Shown piece by piece: positions 26,545-36,836 of a stretch of DNA of 64,000 nucleotides (position 1 is its first letter; the number at the start of each line of letters is the position of its first letter). The notes below the pieces were generated by a model. The model was not told where the DNA came from and made no database searches. It saw nothing but the letters and a program-made list of their open reading frames with translations. The stretch is from Actinomycetes bacterium (GTDB lineage Bacteria > Actinomycetota > Acidimicrobiia > Acidimicrobiales > SZUA-35), in NCBI GenBank assembly GCA_024276425.1, contig JAJRXF010000013.1, forward strand, positions 16,364-80,363, given 5' to 3'. Both the position numbers and the translations under genes were made by a program.

Positions 26545-27283
26545 CTTGGGCGGTTTGGTCGTCGTTGGGATCACCTTTCGAGTCGGTCTCGGTGAGATCC
26601 TTGAGGCTGGAGATCTCGCCGTTGTCGCCGCGAAATTCCCCAAAAATGGTCCAGCCGACCATGACCGCGGACAAGATCAAGATTGGGATCTTGTACTCAC
26701 TAATGCCCCCGACCACTCGTTTGATTGGAGATTCAAACCGTTCGCCGAGCTTCCAGATAAGTACAAGCCGAAAAAGAGTCCCAGCGAAGTTGAGGCCAAG
26801 GAATGTTCGGACTTTGATTCCTGCGGCCCCGGAGAGAGCCGAGATGATGTTGTTCGGCATGAAGAAGATGAAGAAGTAGGCCAATCGGGCGAACCACTGC
26901 TCCATGTCTCGAACAAGAGGCCCATAGGTACGGGAGCGTCGTTCGGTCCAGGCGATGGCCTTGTCTCCGTGCCAATGTCCCAACAGGAAGTAGAGGGGGT
27001 CAGAGGCGGTGAGGCGTAGAAATCCAACGACAAAAAATGGGATGAGGGCAACGTTGGGCGAGGCGAGAATCAGGTTGCGCGTTCGTGGGTTCAGGGCAAT
27101 TAGCCAGATGGGTGAATCCTCAACGATCCCAGCAAGCAGCAGATCTCCAGCCCAGGCCAGCGCTAGTGAGAGACCGACAAGAACGATCAGGATGCGGGTG
27201 GCGCTCCGGGGAGGGGGTTTGTTGGGGCCCGCCTCTCGCAACCGTTGCAGGTAGCTAGCGGGTACGAGGTCGGCATCGTGCAC
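26537..27283 (-). CDS. Integral membrane protein, DedA/TVP38 (VTT-domain)-like; tentative
   Basis: Multi-TM. 'FFMPNNIISALSGAAGIKVRTFLGLNFAGTLFRL' resembles the VTT-domain core. GTG start, acidic C-terminal tail. Confidence 0.55.
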   Translation of the reverse strand: MHDADLVPASYLQRLREAGPNKPPPRSATRILIVLVGLSLALAWAGDLLLAGIVEDSPIWLIALNPRTRNLILASPNVALIPFFVVGFLRLTASDPLYFLLGHWHGDKAIAWTERRSRTYGPLVRDMEQWFARLAYFFIFFMPNNIISALSGAAGIKVRTFLGLNFAGTLFRLVLIWKLGERFESPIKRVVGGISEYKIPILILSAVMVGWTIFGEFRGDNGEISSLKDLTETDSKGDPNDDQTAQDD

Positions 27284-27332
27284 CCAAAGAGTCTGACAGC
27301 CGCTTTGACGATTAGTGCGCCACTATCAAAAC

Positions 27333-28757
27333 TTAAGCTAAAGCGGTGGCCAGCGCGACCCTGGCCGCACCATAGCCACTCATCCCGTGTACGCCGCCAC
27401 CAGGGGGAGTGGATGCCGAACAGAGGAAGAGCCTCGGGTTGGGGGTCCGATAGGGGTTGGAAGACCATATCGGTCGAGCCAGGAGTTGAGTTCCTGTATG
27501 TGACCCGCCGCTAACATCACCGCCGACATTGTTGGGGTTGTGGGTTGCATACCACCCGGGGCCAGCTCGGTGCCTGGCCACGATTGTGTCTCGAAACCCG
27601 GGGGCAAATCGTTCGATCTGGCGTTCAATCTGGTCTCCCATGTCGTGGCTCGACCCGTTGGGGACGTGACAATAGGCCCAGAGGGTGTGCCCGTCGTCTG
27701 GTGTTCGTGACGGGTCGAACAAACTCTGTTGCCCAACGAGAACGAAGGGGTGGTCGGGATGAAGGCCCTTCGCTACCTGCAACTCTGCCTGGGCGATCTC
27801 AGCCTGGGTGCCTCCAACGTGTACGGTGCCGGCTCGGCCGCATTCCGGGCTGGTCCACGGTATTGGTTCACTCAGTGCGTAGTCGAGTTTGAATACACCT
27901 GGCCCTGGCCGGAAGCGCCGGAGACGTCGACGGTACAGCCCGGGCAACTCTTGGTGGGCAATCGAAGCTAGTTGAGCCGGGTTGAGGTCAAAGAGTACTG
28001 CCTTGGAGGGGGGCAGTTCTGCCATGGACTTGATGAACCGATCACATTCGATCTCAACCCCGTAGCTGTGCAGAATGTCGACCATGGCGTCGCTCAAACG
28101 CTGGGACCCTCCGGCAACGATTGGCCAGCCTCCGATATGGCCTAAGGCACTCAAGGTCAGACCAAAGGAAGCGCTTAGCGGTCGGTTGAGGGGCAAAGAT
28201 CCGTGGGCGGCTGATCCGGCGAAGAGGGCCTTGGCCGCTGGGGTTTCAAATATTCGGCTCACAAGTTCGGCCGACGGGAGGCCCCGTAATGCAAAGGCCG
28301 CCATGGAGATCGGCTGATTGGGAATTGGTGGGATTGGACTCAGCAGGCTGTGTTGTAGTTGGTTCCAACGTGTAACCAGCCAGCCAATGAGCCTCTCCCA
28401 TGCTGGCCCATCGGGGCCGAGACGGTTGGTTGTTTGCTTCATCGACCGGAACAACACGGCGGACTCGCCATTCTCGAGGGGGTGAGCGAGGGGGAGGGGT
28501 GGATGAATGTAGTTCAGCCCTTGGTTTTCAAGTTGCAGGGAGCGAAAGAACGGTGACGCTGCAGCCAGTGGGTGGATGGCCGAGCAGATGTCATGTAGGT
28601 AGCCGGGAAGTGTCAACTGATCGGTTCGCAGGCCACCACCGGGCGAGGTGTTGGCCTCGACTACTCGGACGCTACGGCCCGCCCTTGCCAGCGTGATGGC
28701 GGCGGCAAGACCATTGGGGCCAGCGCCAACGACTACGGCATCGTAGCGAGTGATCAC
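27333..28757 (-). CDS. Phytoene-desaturase-family (CrtI-like) FAD-dependent oxidoreductase
   Basis: '[41 protein letters not shown]' dinucleotide-binding N-terminus. Length is 474 aa, and the C-terminal '[19 protein letters not shown]' is typical of the CrtI family. Confidence 0.8.
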   Translation of the reverse strand: MITRYDAVVVGAGPNGLAAAITLARAGRSVRVVEANTSPGGGLRTDQLTLPGYLHDICSAIHPLAAASPFFRSLQLENQGLNYIHPPLPLAHPLENGESAVLFRSMKQTTNRLGPDGPAWERLIGWLVTRWNQLQHSLLSPIPPIPNQPISMAAFALRGLPSAELVSRIFETPAAKALFAGSAAHGSLPLNRPLSASFGLTLSALGHIGGWPIVAGGSQRLSDAMVDILHSYGVEIECDRFIKSMAELPPSKAVLFDLNPAQLASIAHQELPGLYRRRLRRFRPGPGVFKLDYALSEPIPWTSPECGRAGTVHVGGTQAEIAQAELQVAKGLHPDHPFVLVGQQSLFDPSRTPDDGHTLWAYCHVPNGSSHDMGDQIERQIERFAPGFRDTIVARHRAGPGWYATHNPNNVGGDVSGGSHTGTQLLARPIWSSNPYRTPNPRLFLCSASTPPGGGVHGMSGYGAARVALATALA

Positions 28758-28888
28758 CCTGACCCCGAATCCTCCCCTTGCCTGGAACCCCGGTCTAGGT
28801 CATCGCAGTCCGCCAATAGATCCGCTGATTGAACAGTATTGCCTCGCATTTGGGTCAATCCTTGTCCTGGGTGAGATAGCGTTGCCGA

Positions 28889-29647
28889 GTGCCGAGCGAC
28901 CGCCAGCCTAGTGACCAACAAGAGCGAGATTGGTCATTCTTGCATCGCCCATTCTGGATCTTTTCTCATCTGTTCGTTGCTACTGCTGTAGCCCTGTTTG
29001 CTCTGGCAGCCTTCTGGCAAGTGGCTCGCTGGAACGAACGCAAGGCCGAGAACGTGACGATCGCCGAGCGATCCTCACAGGAGGCGATAACCATTGCCGA
29101 GGCTCTGGAGCGACCGGTTGAGGATCTGAACTATGTGCCCATCGCCGATACCGGTAGATATGTCGAGGCCAACCTCATTCGTGTGGCGAACCGGTCATTT
29201 GAGGGCCAAGCCGGAGACTGGATGGTCGGGTTGTACGAGACGAGTGAAGGGCAACTCATTCTGGTCAATCGAGGTTTCGTCCCTCGGGAGGCCCCCACGA
29301 GGGATGAGCCAGCCGACTCTGCCATTCGGGGATGGCTACGGCTCTCTCATCAGTTGGAACGCTTTGGTGTTGCTGACGATGGGAAGAGTGAACGAGTCCC
29401 ACGACTAGATGTGGAGGCCATATCGAAAAGACTTGGCAAACCGTTGGCGCCGGTCTGGATACAGCAAGAGGATCCGCAAGCCTCATCGTTTCCTGTCCCG
29501 ATCCCGTTGCCAGCTCTCGACAATGGGCCTCACCTTGGCTACGCCGTTCAGTGGGCGTTCTTCACGGTTTTAACCCCGATCGCCTATGTCCTGGTTTTGG
29601 GAAAGAAGGCCCAGGACCAGTCAGATCTTGAGCACGAATCGGCATAA
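28889..29647 (+). CDS. SURF1-family (cytochrome oxidase assembly) membrane protein
   Basis: N-terminal TM then 'FWQVARWNERKAEN', 'ILVNRGFVPRE', and C-terminal 'PHLGYAVQWAFFTVLTPIAYVLVL'. Confidence 0.8.
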   Translation: MPSDRQPSDQQERDWSFLHRPFWIFSHLFVATAVALFALAAFWQVARWNERKAENVTIAERSSQEAITIAEALERPVEDLNYVPIADTGRYVEANLIRVANRSFEGQAGDWMVGLYETSEGQLILVNRGFVPREAPTRDEPADSAIRGWLRLSHQLERFGVADDGKSERVPRLDVEAISKRLGKPLAPVWIQQEDPQASSFPVPIPLPALDNGPHLGYAVQWAFFTVLTPIAYVLVLGKKAQDQSDLEHESA

Positions 29648-29689
29648 CGTTGCCGGATCTCCAACAACCTCGGACTAACCTCTGGAACC

Positions 29690-30322
29690 ATGGCCGCTTC
29701 GTCCTCTCCTACGCTTATATCCCTTCTTGGTCTTCGTCTGAAGGGATTCGCCACGAGCGAGCAGGTTGGAGAACTCGTTGGTCTTGAGGGGGCAGTGGTT
29801 GAAGAGTGTCTGAAGGGAGCGGCAGCGGCTGGCCATGCGGTCTTTCGAGATGGCCGTCGAACTGGGTGGACACTGAAGACCGAGGGCCGATCGGAGGTAG
29901 AACGGCTGTTGGCAATTGAGCTTGACGAGACCGGAACCCGCGATCTTGCCCAGTCTTGTTATGACCGGTTTCTGGCTCTTAATCGAACCATGCTCGAAGT
30001 TTGCACTCGGTGGCAGGTGAAGGATCCGGATGCACAAGTGCTGAATGATCACAGCGACGGATCCTATGACCGTGCTGTCATCGCTGAGTTGTCGGGCCTC
30101 GACGATGCCGTGCAACCAATTTGCGCTGAACTGACGAGCCAGCTTGATCGTTTTGGCATCTATTCGCCTCGGTTCGAGTCCTCCTTGGCCAAGGTCAAGG
30201 CAGGTGAAACCGAATGGTTCACCGCTCCAATCAAGGAGTCCTACCACACCGTCTGGTTCGAGTTACACGAAGACCTGCTGGCCACATTGGGAATCGACCG
30301 AGCCACGGAGAAAGCACACTGA
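29690..30322 (+). CDS. Hypothetical protein, 210 aa, possible N-terminal winged-helix region
   Basis: Good coding ORF whose stop overlaps the dapA start (TGATG). 'LLGLRLKGFATSEQVGELVGL' looks HTH-like. No family recognised. Confidence 0.6.
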   Translation: MAASSSPTLISLLGLRLKGFATSEQVGELVGLEGAVVEECLKGAAAAGHAVFRDGRRTGWTLKTEGRSEVERLLAIELDETGTRDLAQSCYDRFLALNRTMLEVCTRWQVKDPDAQVLNDHSDGSYDRAVIAELSGLDDAVQPICAELTSQLDRFGIYSPRFESSLAKVKAGETEWFTAPIKESYHTVWFELHEDLLATLGIDRATEKAH

Positions 30323-31236
30323 TGTTCACACCAAGCCCAACCCGTTTCGGTCGAGTTCTGACCGCGATGGTTACCCCTTTCAACAACGATGGATCCATCG
30401 ATCTCGACGGGGCACAGAACCTGGCTCGCTACCTGATAGCCAATGGTAACGACGGGATTGTCGTTGCTGGCACCACGGGAGAATCGTCTACGTTGACCCT
30501 TGATGAACAGATCGAGGTTATTACGGCTGTTCGTGAGGCCATTCCCGATCATCAGTTAGTCGCTGGCGCCGGCAGCAACGACACTCGAAGTGCGGTAAAG
30601 AACACCGAGCGGGCGGCCGCGGCTGGGGCTGACGCTATTTTATCGGTCACTCCCTATTACAACCGCCCCTCCCAAGCTGGAATTGAGGCCCACTTCAAGT
30701 CTGTTGCTGCCGCGACAGACTTGCCGATCGTGCTCTATGACATCCCGGTTCGGACCGGTCGAAAGATCTCCGAGAAGGTGCTCTTGGATCTCTTCGAAGT
30801 CGAGAATATCGTCGGAGTAAAAGACGCCGCGAACAGTCCAGGGGCTACCGCTCAGCTTCTTTCTCGGGCTCCCGATTGGGTCGACCTCTATTCCGGAGAA
30901 GACAGCGTCACCCTGCCCCTTTTGGCGGTTGGGGCCTGTGGAGTGATCGGCGTCGCCACTCATTGGGCTGGTTCCGAGATGCAGGAGATGATCGCAGCAT
31001 TCCAAAAAGGTGACGTTGGTGAGGCGGCGGCAATTAATGCCCGTCTGATCCCCTCCTTCGTGTATGAGTCATACGAGGATGCTCCCAACCCGGTTCCTTC
31101 CAAGGCAATGATGAACCTCTTGGGTGTGCCGGTCGGGCCCTGCCGCTCACCCCTTGGCTTTGCGCCAAAGGACTTGACCGTTCGAGCGCAAGCTGTTTTG
31201 GACGGGCTTGATCGCGGAGTGGATGGTCCCAACTAG
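30322..31236 (+). CDS. dapA: 4-hydroxy-tetrahydrodipicolinate synthase
   Basis: 'FGRVLTAMVTPFNNDGSIDLDG', 'VVAGTTGESSTLT' and 'IVGVKDA' (active-site Lys). ATG 30322 is in frame within ORF 30214... Confidence 0.94.
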   Translation: MFTPSPTRFGRVLTAMVTPFNNDGSIDLDGAQNLARYLIANGNDGIVVAGTTGESSTLTLDEQIEVITAVREAIPDHQLVAGAGSNDTRSAVKNTERAAAAGADAILSVTPYYNRPSQAGIEAHFKSVAAATDLPIVLYDIPVRTGRKISEKVLLDLFEVENIVGVKDAANSPGATAQLLSRAPDWVDLYSGEDSVTLPLLAVGACGVIGVATHWAGSEMQEMIAAFQKGDVGEAAAINARLIPSFVYESYEDAPNPVPSKAMMNLLGVPVGPCRSPLGFAPKDLTVRAQAVLDGLDRGVDGPN

Positions 31237-32984
31237 TGGGGAACAAGGAACGACAGACGCAGGCGAAGAAGTCTGCGGAGCGGCCAGCACAATCCGAGGT
31301 TCGGGTTGTTTTTCTTGGGGGCCTGGGTGAGATCGGGCGAAACTGCGCCGCCATCGAGGTTGAGGGCAAGATCATGCTGATCGACTGTGGTCTCATGTTC
31401 CCTGAGGATGACATGGCCGGGATCGACCTGGTCCTGCCCGACTTCACCTGGCTCAAGGAGAATGCCGAGCGAGTCATTGGGGTTGTGGCAACCCATGGTC
31501 ACGAAGACCATATTGGAGCCCTCAGTTTCCTGCTCGAACACATTCCCCTCGAAATCATCGGTTCGCCGCTGACCATTGGCCTTGCCAGGAACCGGATCGA
31601 GGAACGAGGCATGCTGAAACAGGCGACGTTCACCCAGGTGAGCGACAATGACCGAATCCAAGTTGGCCCCTTCGACATGGAGTTCTTCCCGGTCACGCAT
31701 TCGGTCCCACACGGCTTTGCTACTGCCTTCCACACCCCCCAGGGAGTGATCCTTCATTCGGGTGACTTCAAGCTGGACATGACTCCGGTCGACGGGCGGC
31801 TAACGGACCTGGCTGGAATCGGCCATCTGGCGAGCGACGACGGTGTTCGTTTGTTCCTGTGCGATTCGACCAACGCGACGGCGCAAGGGTTTTCGGCTTC
31901 GGAAACTTCGATTGGGCAGTCTATTCATGACTTGTTTCGGTCCAAGGACGGGCAGCGAATTATCGTTGCCTGCTTTGCCAGCCACATTCATCGGGTACAG
32001 CAAATAGCCGACGCAGCCATTGCCAATGGCCGAATTGTGGCCACACTTGGCCGCTCCATGAACAAGAATGTTCAGTTGGCTAGACAGATGGGATTGCTGA
32101 GCATTCCAGACGTTCATTTGCGCAAGATCGAAGACATCGAAGACATCGACGACTCGAGGCTTTGTATCATTTCAACGGGTTCTCAGGGCGAACCGATGTC
32201 GGCTCTGGCCCGGATGGCGACCGGTGACAACCGTTGGTTGACGCTCCACGAAGGTGATTGCGTCATTCTCTCATCTCACCCGATTCCCGGCAATGAGTCC
32301 AGCGTGACCAAGGTCATCGATGGACTGTTGCGCAAAGGGGCAGAGGTCATCGACTCCAGTACACATCGGGTTCATGCCACCGGACACGCCAAGGCCGAAG
32401 AACTGAAGGTTTTGCACTCAATTGTACGACCAGAGTGGTTTGTGCCAGTTCATGGCGAATACCGTCACATGACCGAACACGCTCATCTGGCCACTCAGAT
32501 GGGCCTTGCGGCGGACAAGGTGTTGATCTGCCAAGACGGACAGTCTGTAGTCCTCAGTGACGATGGACTTCGCCGAGGCGACGACGTGTCTGCGGACTAC
32601 ATATTCGTTCACGGAAAGTTGGACGACCTCGATCCGAGTGTGTTGGTCGAGCGACGAGTTTTGGGCACCGATGGGTTCGTTTCAGCCATCGTTTCACTCT
32701 CGATCGTTGGTCCGAACGTGGAGATCCTCGGAGAACCAGAAATCACAAGCCGCGGTTGGGTGCATGGTGATGAAGGGGACCAGATTCGCAAAGAGGCCAT
32801 GCATATCGTTCGTACGGCCATCGAGAATGCGCTCAAGGACGGTAAACGCACCCGTCAAGAGCTTGAGCGGGTAAGCCGCAGAGCGCTGGGTCGCTTCGTC
32901 AGCCAGCGAACTAGACTACGACCAATGATTGTGCCTGTGATCCTGGGTGCCCACGAAGGGACAGAGGAGTCCGGCCGGTCATAG
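31236..32984 (+). CDS. rnj: Ribonuclease J
   Basis: Metallo-beta-lactamase/beta-CASP: 'VVFLGGLGEIGRNCAAIEVEGKIMLIDCG', 'THGHEDHIGAL', 'ATGHAKAEEL'. The conserved dapA-rnj pairing is present. The exact start is uncertain. Confidence 0.92.
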   Translation: MGNKERQTQAKKSAERPAQSEVRVVFLGGLGEIGRNCAAIEVEGKIMLIDCGLMFPEDDMAGIDLVLPDFTWLKENAERVIGVVATHGHEDHIGALSFLLEHIPLEIIGSPLTIGLARNRIEERGMLKQATFTQVSDNDRIQVGPFDMEFFPVTHSVPHGFATAFHTPQGVILHSGDFKLDMTPVDGRLTDLAGIGHLASDDGVRLFLCDSTNATAQGFSASETSIGQSIHDLFRSKDGQRIIVACFASHIHRVQQIADAAIANGRIVATLGRSMNKNVQLARQMGLLSIPDVHLRKIEDIEDIDDSRLCIISTGSQGEPMSALARMATGDNRWLTLHEGDCVILSSHPIPGNESSVTKVIDGLLRKGAEVIDSSTHRVHATGHAKAEELKVLHSIVRPEWFVPVHGEYRHMTEHAHLATQMGLAADKVLICQDGQSVVLSDDGLRRGDDVSADYIFVHGKLDDLDPSVLVERRVLGTDGFVSAIVSLSIVGPNVEILGEPEITSRGWVHGDEGDQIRKEAMHIVRTAIENALKDGKRTRQELERVSRRALGRFVSQRTRLRPMIVPVILGAHEGTEESGRS

Positions 32985-33057
32985 AACTGGCCCGTTTTGA
33001 CTCAGCAAAGTGAGGCTCCCGCACGGTGGTGGCCCAACCGGCTAGGGTGATGGGACT

Positions 33058-35871
33058 GTGGCTACATCGAAACGGACTTCACCATCCGGTCGCGGGGCTG
33101 CGGGCGGACGATCGGCTCCTCGCACATCGCGTGCGACGGAGGCTAAGCGTCGTGCTCAGAAGCAGAGGGAGGTTCGCGGTCTTGTGCTGATCGCCCTCGG
33201 TCTGCTTCTTGGCCTCGCCCTCTACACCGGAGCAACCGGAATTCTCGGACGAATGCTGGCAGATCTAACCGGGGCCTTTATCGGTCTGGCCAGGTTCGTT
33301 TTACCGCTGTTGCTGGGCTATGTCGGCTGGCATTACCTGCGAACGGATCCTCCTTCAACCCGCAAAGCCAGCCGAAGGAAGAAGGAACGAAAGACCCCGG
33401 GCGAGCTAGTTGCCTGGGCGTTACTTGGCGCGTCGGCCTTCGGATTTCTCGATCTCTTTGGCGGGCGTCCGGGTTGGGGTTCGGGGGCCGAGAAGCTCTC
33501 AAAGGCGGGGGGTTGGGGTGGTGTGGTTATTGGTGGAAACCTCGAGCGCTACTTCGGCTACTGGGGTGAGATAATCCTGAGCACGACCATGCTCTTGGTT
33601 GCACTGGTGCTCTTGACTGGGCTGTCTGCCGGTACTGCAGCCGACGCGATGGCCGAACGCGGCGGACGTTTTCGACAGTCAGTAAGTGAAAAAGTCGCCA
33701 GCCTCAGCGAGACGGGAGCTTGGCCGTGGCAACGTCTCGGTCGACCAGAATCGGCCGAGGCTTCTAGGCCAATGACCGACAAGCCCAAGCTCGACCTGGA
33801 CTTTCCTGATGACTACCCCGGGGCCGCTTTGCCGGGTGAGACCTATATCGATCTGCGCGGTGAAAGCGAAACGCCCTTGGATGGGGCTCCCTATGATGCT
33901 GCCGATGATGGATATGACGACGAAGCGAACGGGCTAGACCAGCGTGAAAGTGGAGCCTGGACCGATCCGGCCCCCGAACCGGTTATTGAGGTTCCTGCCA
34001 ACACGCCCGTCGACTCGGTGTCCTTCGTGCGCCCCGAGCCCTCAACCGGACAATGGAAGCTTCCATCACTGGAGTTTCTTGGGCTGAGCAGCGGACAGGA
34101 TGTTGACCGGGCCAGTGTCGAAAAGCGGGGTCGGGAATTGGAGCATGCGCTGGCCGAGCATGGGGTCGAGACTCGCCTCATCGGAGTAGTCGTTGGCCCC
34201 ACGGTCAGCCGGTTTGAACTGGAGTTGGGCCCAGGTGTCAAGGTCGCCAGAGTGACCAGCCTTAATCGGGACATTGCCTATGCCATGGCGACCCCAGACG
34301 TCAGGATCCTGGCTCCTATTCCGGGCAAGCAGGCCATTGGCGTTGAGGTTCCCAACATCAACCGTCAGATGATCACCATCGGTGACCTATTGATTTCAGA
34401 TGAAGCACTCGCGGCCACTCATCCTCTTGAAGTTACCCTCGGCCGCGACATCACGGGTAAGACCGTCATAGCCAACCTGGCCAAGATGCCTCATTTGCTG
34501 GTTGCTGGCCAAACTGGGTCCGGCAAATCAAGTTGTATCAACTCGATGCTGACGGCCCTGCTTACTCGCTGCACTCCAGATCAGGTCAGGCTCATTCTTG
34601 TTGATCCCAAGCGAGTTGAGATGACCCAATATGAGGGACTCCCTCATTTGTTGACCGAGGTCGTGACTGACCCGAAGAAGGCAGCCAACGCTCTGGCCTG
34701 GGGAGTTCGAGAGATGGAGCGACGCTATGACCTTCTTTCCGATGCCGGGGTTCGCGACCTAGACGGCTACAACCTGGCGGTCGAGGAAGGAACGCTTGAT
34801 CCGATTCTGAGTCCGGACGGCTCTAGCTCCGAACGCGAGCGGCTTAGCTATATCGTCATCATCCTCGATGAACTGGCCGACCTGATGATGGTGGCTGCTC
34901 GTGATGTCGAGGAATCCATCTGCCGGATCGCTCAGAAGGCCCGAGCCGTTGGTATTCATCTGGTCATCGCCACTCAACGGCCCTCGACCAACGTCATTAC
35001 CGGGTTGATCAAGGCCAATGTTCCCGCTCGTCTAGCCTTCGCCGTTTCCAGTCTCACCGACTCTCGGGTGGTCTTGGACCAGAAGGGAGCGGAGACACTC
35101 GTTGGGCGCGGTGATGGCCTGCTTCTGGATGGTTCGACCAGTATGCCAATCCGGTTCCAGGGTGCCTGGGTAACCGAGAAGGAAGTAGCCGAACTCGTTG
35201 CTCACTGGAAGTCTCAAGCGCCGGAGGTGGTCTTCGATAGCCGGGTTCAGGGAGAAGAACAGACCGAGGCGGCGCTGGCCCTTCCCGGTGGCACAACCGG
35301 TGATGAGGGGGATGATGAGTTGGTGTTGCAAGCAATGGAACTGATCGTGCGATCCCAACTTGGATCAACATCGATGCTTCAGCGGAAGCTTCGTGTCGGT
35401 TTTGCCCGCGCTGGCCGTCTAATGGACATCTTGGAGGAGCGCGGCGTGGTTGGGGAGTCGGTGGGGTCCAAGCCGCGTGAGGTGAAGATGACGCCGGAGG
35501 ATCTGGACAACGGACGCTGGCCCGCGCAGATGCGATCAGCCCATTTACCAACTAGGACGGTCGCCTCCGATCCTTCTGCAGCCAACAAGAAGTCCGTCGC
35601 GGCCCCGATCGACCCAACTTCACCAGAACCGATGCCGAAGAAGTCCGTGCCCTTGCTGGCGACCCTGGGAGCGATCCCCTCAAATGGAGTGGCACCAGTG
35701 GCTCCTGAACAGGAACACGGACCACTATTTGAACCTGAGGATGGCGAACCATTCGCCGAACTCGACCTGAATCTAGATGTTGAGATCGCGGACGACGATC
35801 TTGAAGAGCCCGATACGGGAAATACTGACCCGGCTTTGGCTCCTCCACCCGGCTATCGCGCCCCTAACTGA
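33058..35871 (+). CDS. ftsK: DNA translocase FtsK
   Basis: N-terminal TM helices and a long linker. Motor domain with Walker A 'VAGQTGSGKSS' and 'IVIILDELADLMM'. C-terminal gamma wHTH 'STSMLQRKLRVGFARAGRLMDILEERGVVG'. Confidence 0.95.
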   Translation: MATSKRTSPSGRGAAGGRSAPRTSRATEAKRRAQKQREVRGLVLIALGLLLGLALYTGATGILGRMLADLTGAFIGLARFVLPLLLGYVGWHYLRTDPPSTRKASRRKKERKTPGELVAWALLGASAFGFLDLFGGRPGWGSGAEKLSKAGGWGGVVIGGNLERYFGYWGEIILSTTMLLVALVLLTGLSAGTAADAMAERGGRFRQSVSEKVASLSETGAWPWQRLGRPESAEASRPMTDKPKLDLDFPDDYPGAALPGETYIDLRGESETPLDGAPYDAADDGYDDEANGLDQRESGAWTDPAPEPVIEVPANTPVDSVSFVRPEPSTGQWKLPSLEFLGLSSGQDVDRASVEKRGRELEHALAEHGVETRLIGVVVGPTVSRFELELGPGVKVARVTSLNRDIAYAMATPDVRILAPIPGKQAIGVEVPNINRQMITIGDLLISDEALAATHPLEVTLGRDITGKTVIANLAKMPHLLVAGQTGSGKSSCINSMLTALLTRCTPDQVRLILVDPKRVEMTQYEGLPHLLTEVVTDPKKAANALAWGVREMERRYDLLSDAGVRDLDGYNLAVEEGTLDPILSPDGSSSERERLSYIVIILDELADLMMVAARDVEESICRIAQKARAVGIHLVIATQRPSTNVITGLIKANVPARLAFAVSSLTDSRVVLDQKGAETLVGRGDGLLLDGSTSMPIRFQGAWVTEKEVAELVAHWKSQAPEVVFDSRVQGEEQTEAALALPGGTTGDEGDDELVLQAMELIVRSQLGSTSMLQRKLRVGFARAGRLMDILEERGVVGESVGSKPREVKMTPEDLDNGRWPAQMRSAHLPTRTVASDPSAANKKSVAAPIDPTSPEPMPKKSVPLLATLGAIPSNGVAPVAPEQEHGPLFEPEDGEPFAELDLNLDVEIADDDLEEPDTGNTDPALAPPPGYRAPN

Positions 35872-35876
35872 TACCG

Positions 35877-36824
35877 ATGGTCCTTGGATTGCTGGCGGTG
35901 CTGGCTGGAATCTCACTGCTGTGGAAGGCTGCGGACGAGTTCGTGGATGGAGCCGCTGGTCTAGCCACCCGACTGTCGGTGCCCCCTCTGGTTATCGGTG
36001 CTCTGGTCGTTGGGTTTGGAACCAGCGCTCCCGAAATGTTGGTCTCTGGACTCGCTTCGATCCAGGGTGATAACGATCTCGGCATCGGGAATATTATCGG
36101 TTCTAACATTGCCAATCTCTCCCTTATTCTGGGGGTAACGCTTCTTCTTATACCGATTCGAATTGATTCGGCCGTTCTTCGGAGGGAGGCGCCGCTGGCA
36201 ACAGCCGGGGCGCTGGTCTTCGCCCTCCTGGTACAAAACGGTTTGCAGGTTGCCGAAGGACTCCTTCTTCTCGGTTTGCTCGTCGGGGTTCTCTACCTCT
36301 TGTTGACATCCCCGGGTCCCGATTTAGCCTTGGAGGCGGAGGTCGAGGTCGATCTTGGCCCAGGCGACACCAGTACTGCCATTCTTGGGCTTCGGACGGC
36401 TCTCGGGTTGATTGGCACCGTTGGGGGTGCCTGGGTCTTGGTTTGGGGGGCCACCGACATAGCAGATCGGCTTGGTGTCAATAGTGGCTTCGTCGGGCTA
36501 ACCCTCGTCGCTTTTGGCACATCGCTCCCCGAACTGGTTACGGCCGTTGCCGCCGCTCGTCGGGGCCATGATGAACTTATTGTTGGCAACCTACTCGGAA
36601 GCAACCTATTCAACTCGCTAGCAGTTGGTGCTGTAGTCGGGCTCCTTGGCGATGGGTCGGTCTCTGACACATCGCTCACTTCCCAAGGGGTCGGGATCAT
36701 GCTGGTGATTTGTGTTGGGGTCTATCTGGCCATGATCATCCGCAAGGTGCTAGGCCGGATGGACGGCATGGTGCTCTTAGCGATGTTTGTCGGCTTTTTA
36801 ATTGTGAGCGCCCTAACTTCTTGA
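35877..36824 (+). CDS. Ca2+/Na+ antiporter (CaCA family, YrbG-like)
   Basis: Two alpha-repeats: 'GFGTSAPEMLVS...GNIIGSNIANL' and 'AFGTSLPELVTA...GNLLGSNLFN'. Confidence 0.88.
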   Translation: MVLGLLAVLAGISLLWKAADEFVDGAAGLATRLSVPPLVIGALVVGFGTSAPEMLVSGLASIQGDNDLGIGNIIGSNIANLSLILGVTLLLIPIRIDSAVLRREAPLATAGALVFALLVQNGLQVAEGLLLLGLLVGVLYLLLTSPGPDLALEAEVEVDLGPGDTSTAILGLRTALGLIGTVGGAWVLVWGATDIADRLGVNSGFVGLTLVAFGTSLPELVTAVAAARRGHDELIVGNLLGSNLFNSLAVGAVVGLLGDGSVSDTSLTSQGVGIMLVICVGVYLAMIIRKVLGRMDGMVLLAMFVGFLIVSALTS

Positions 36825-36836
36825 CATTATGGCACC

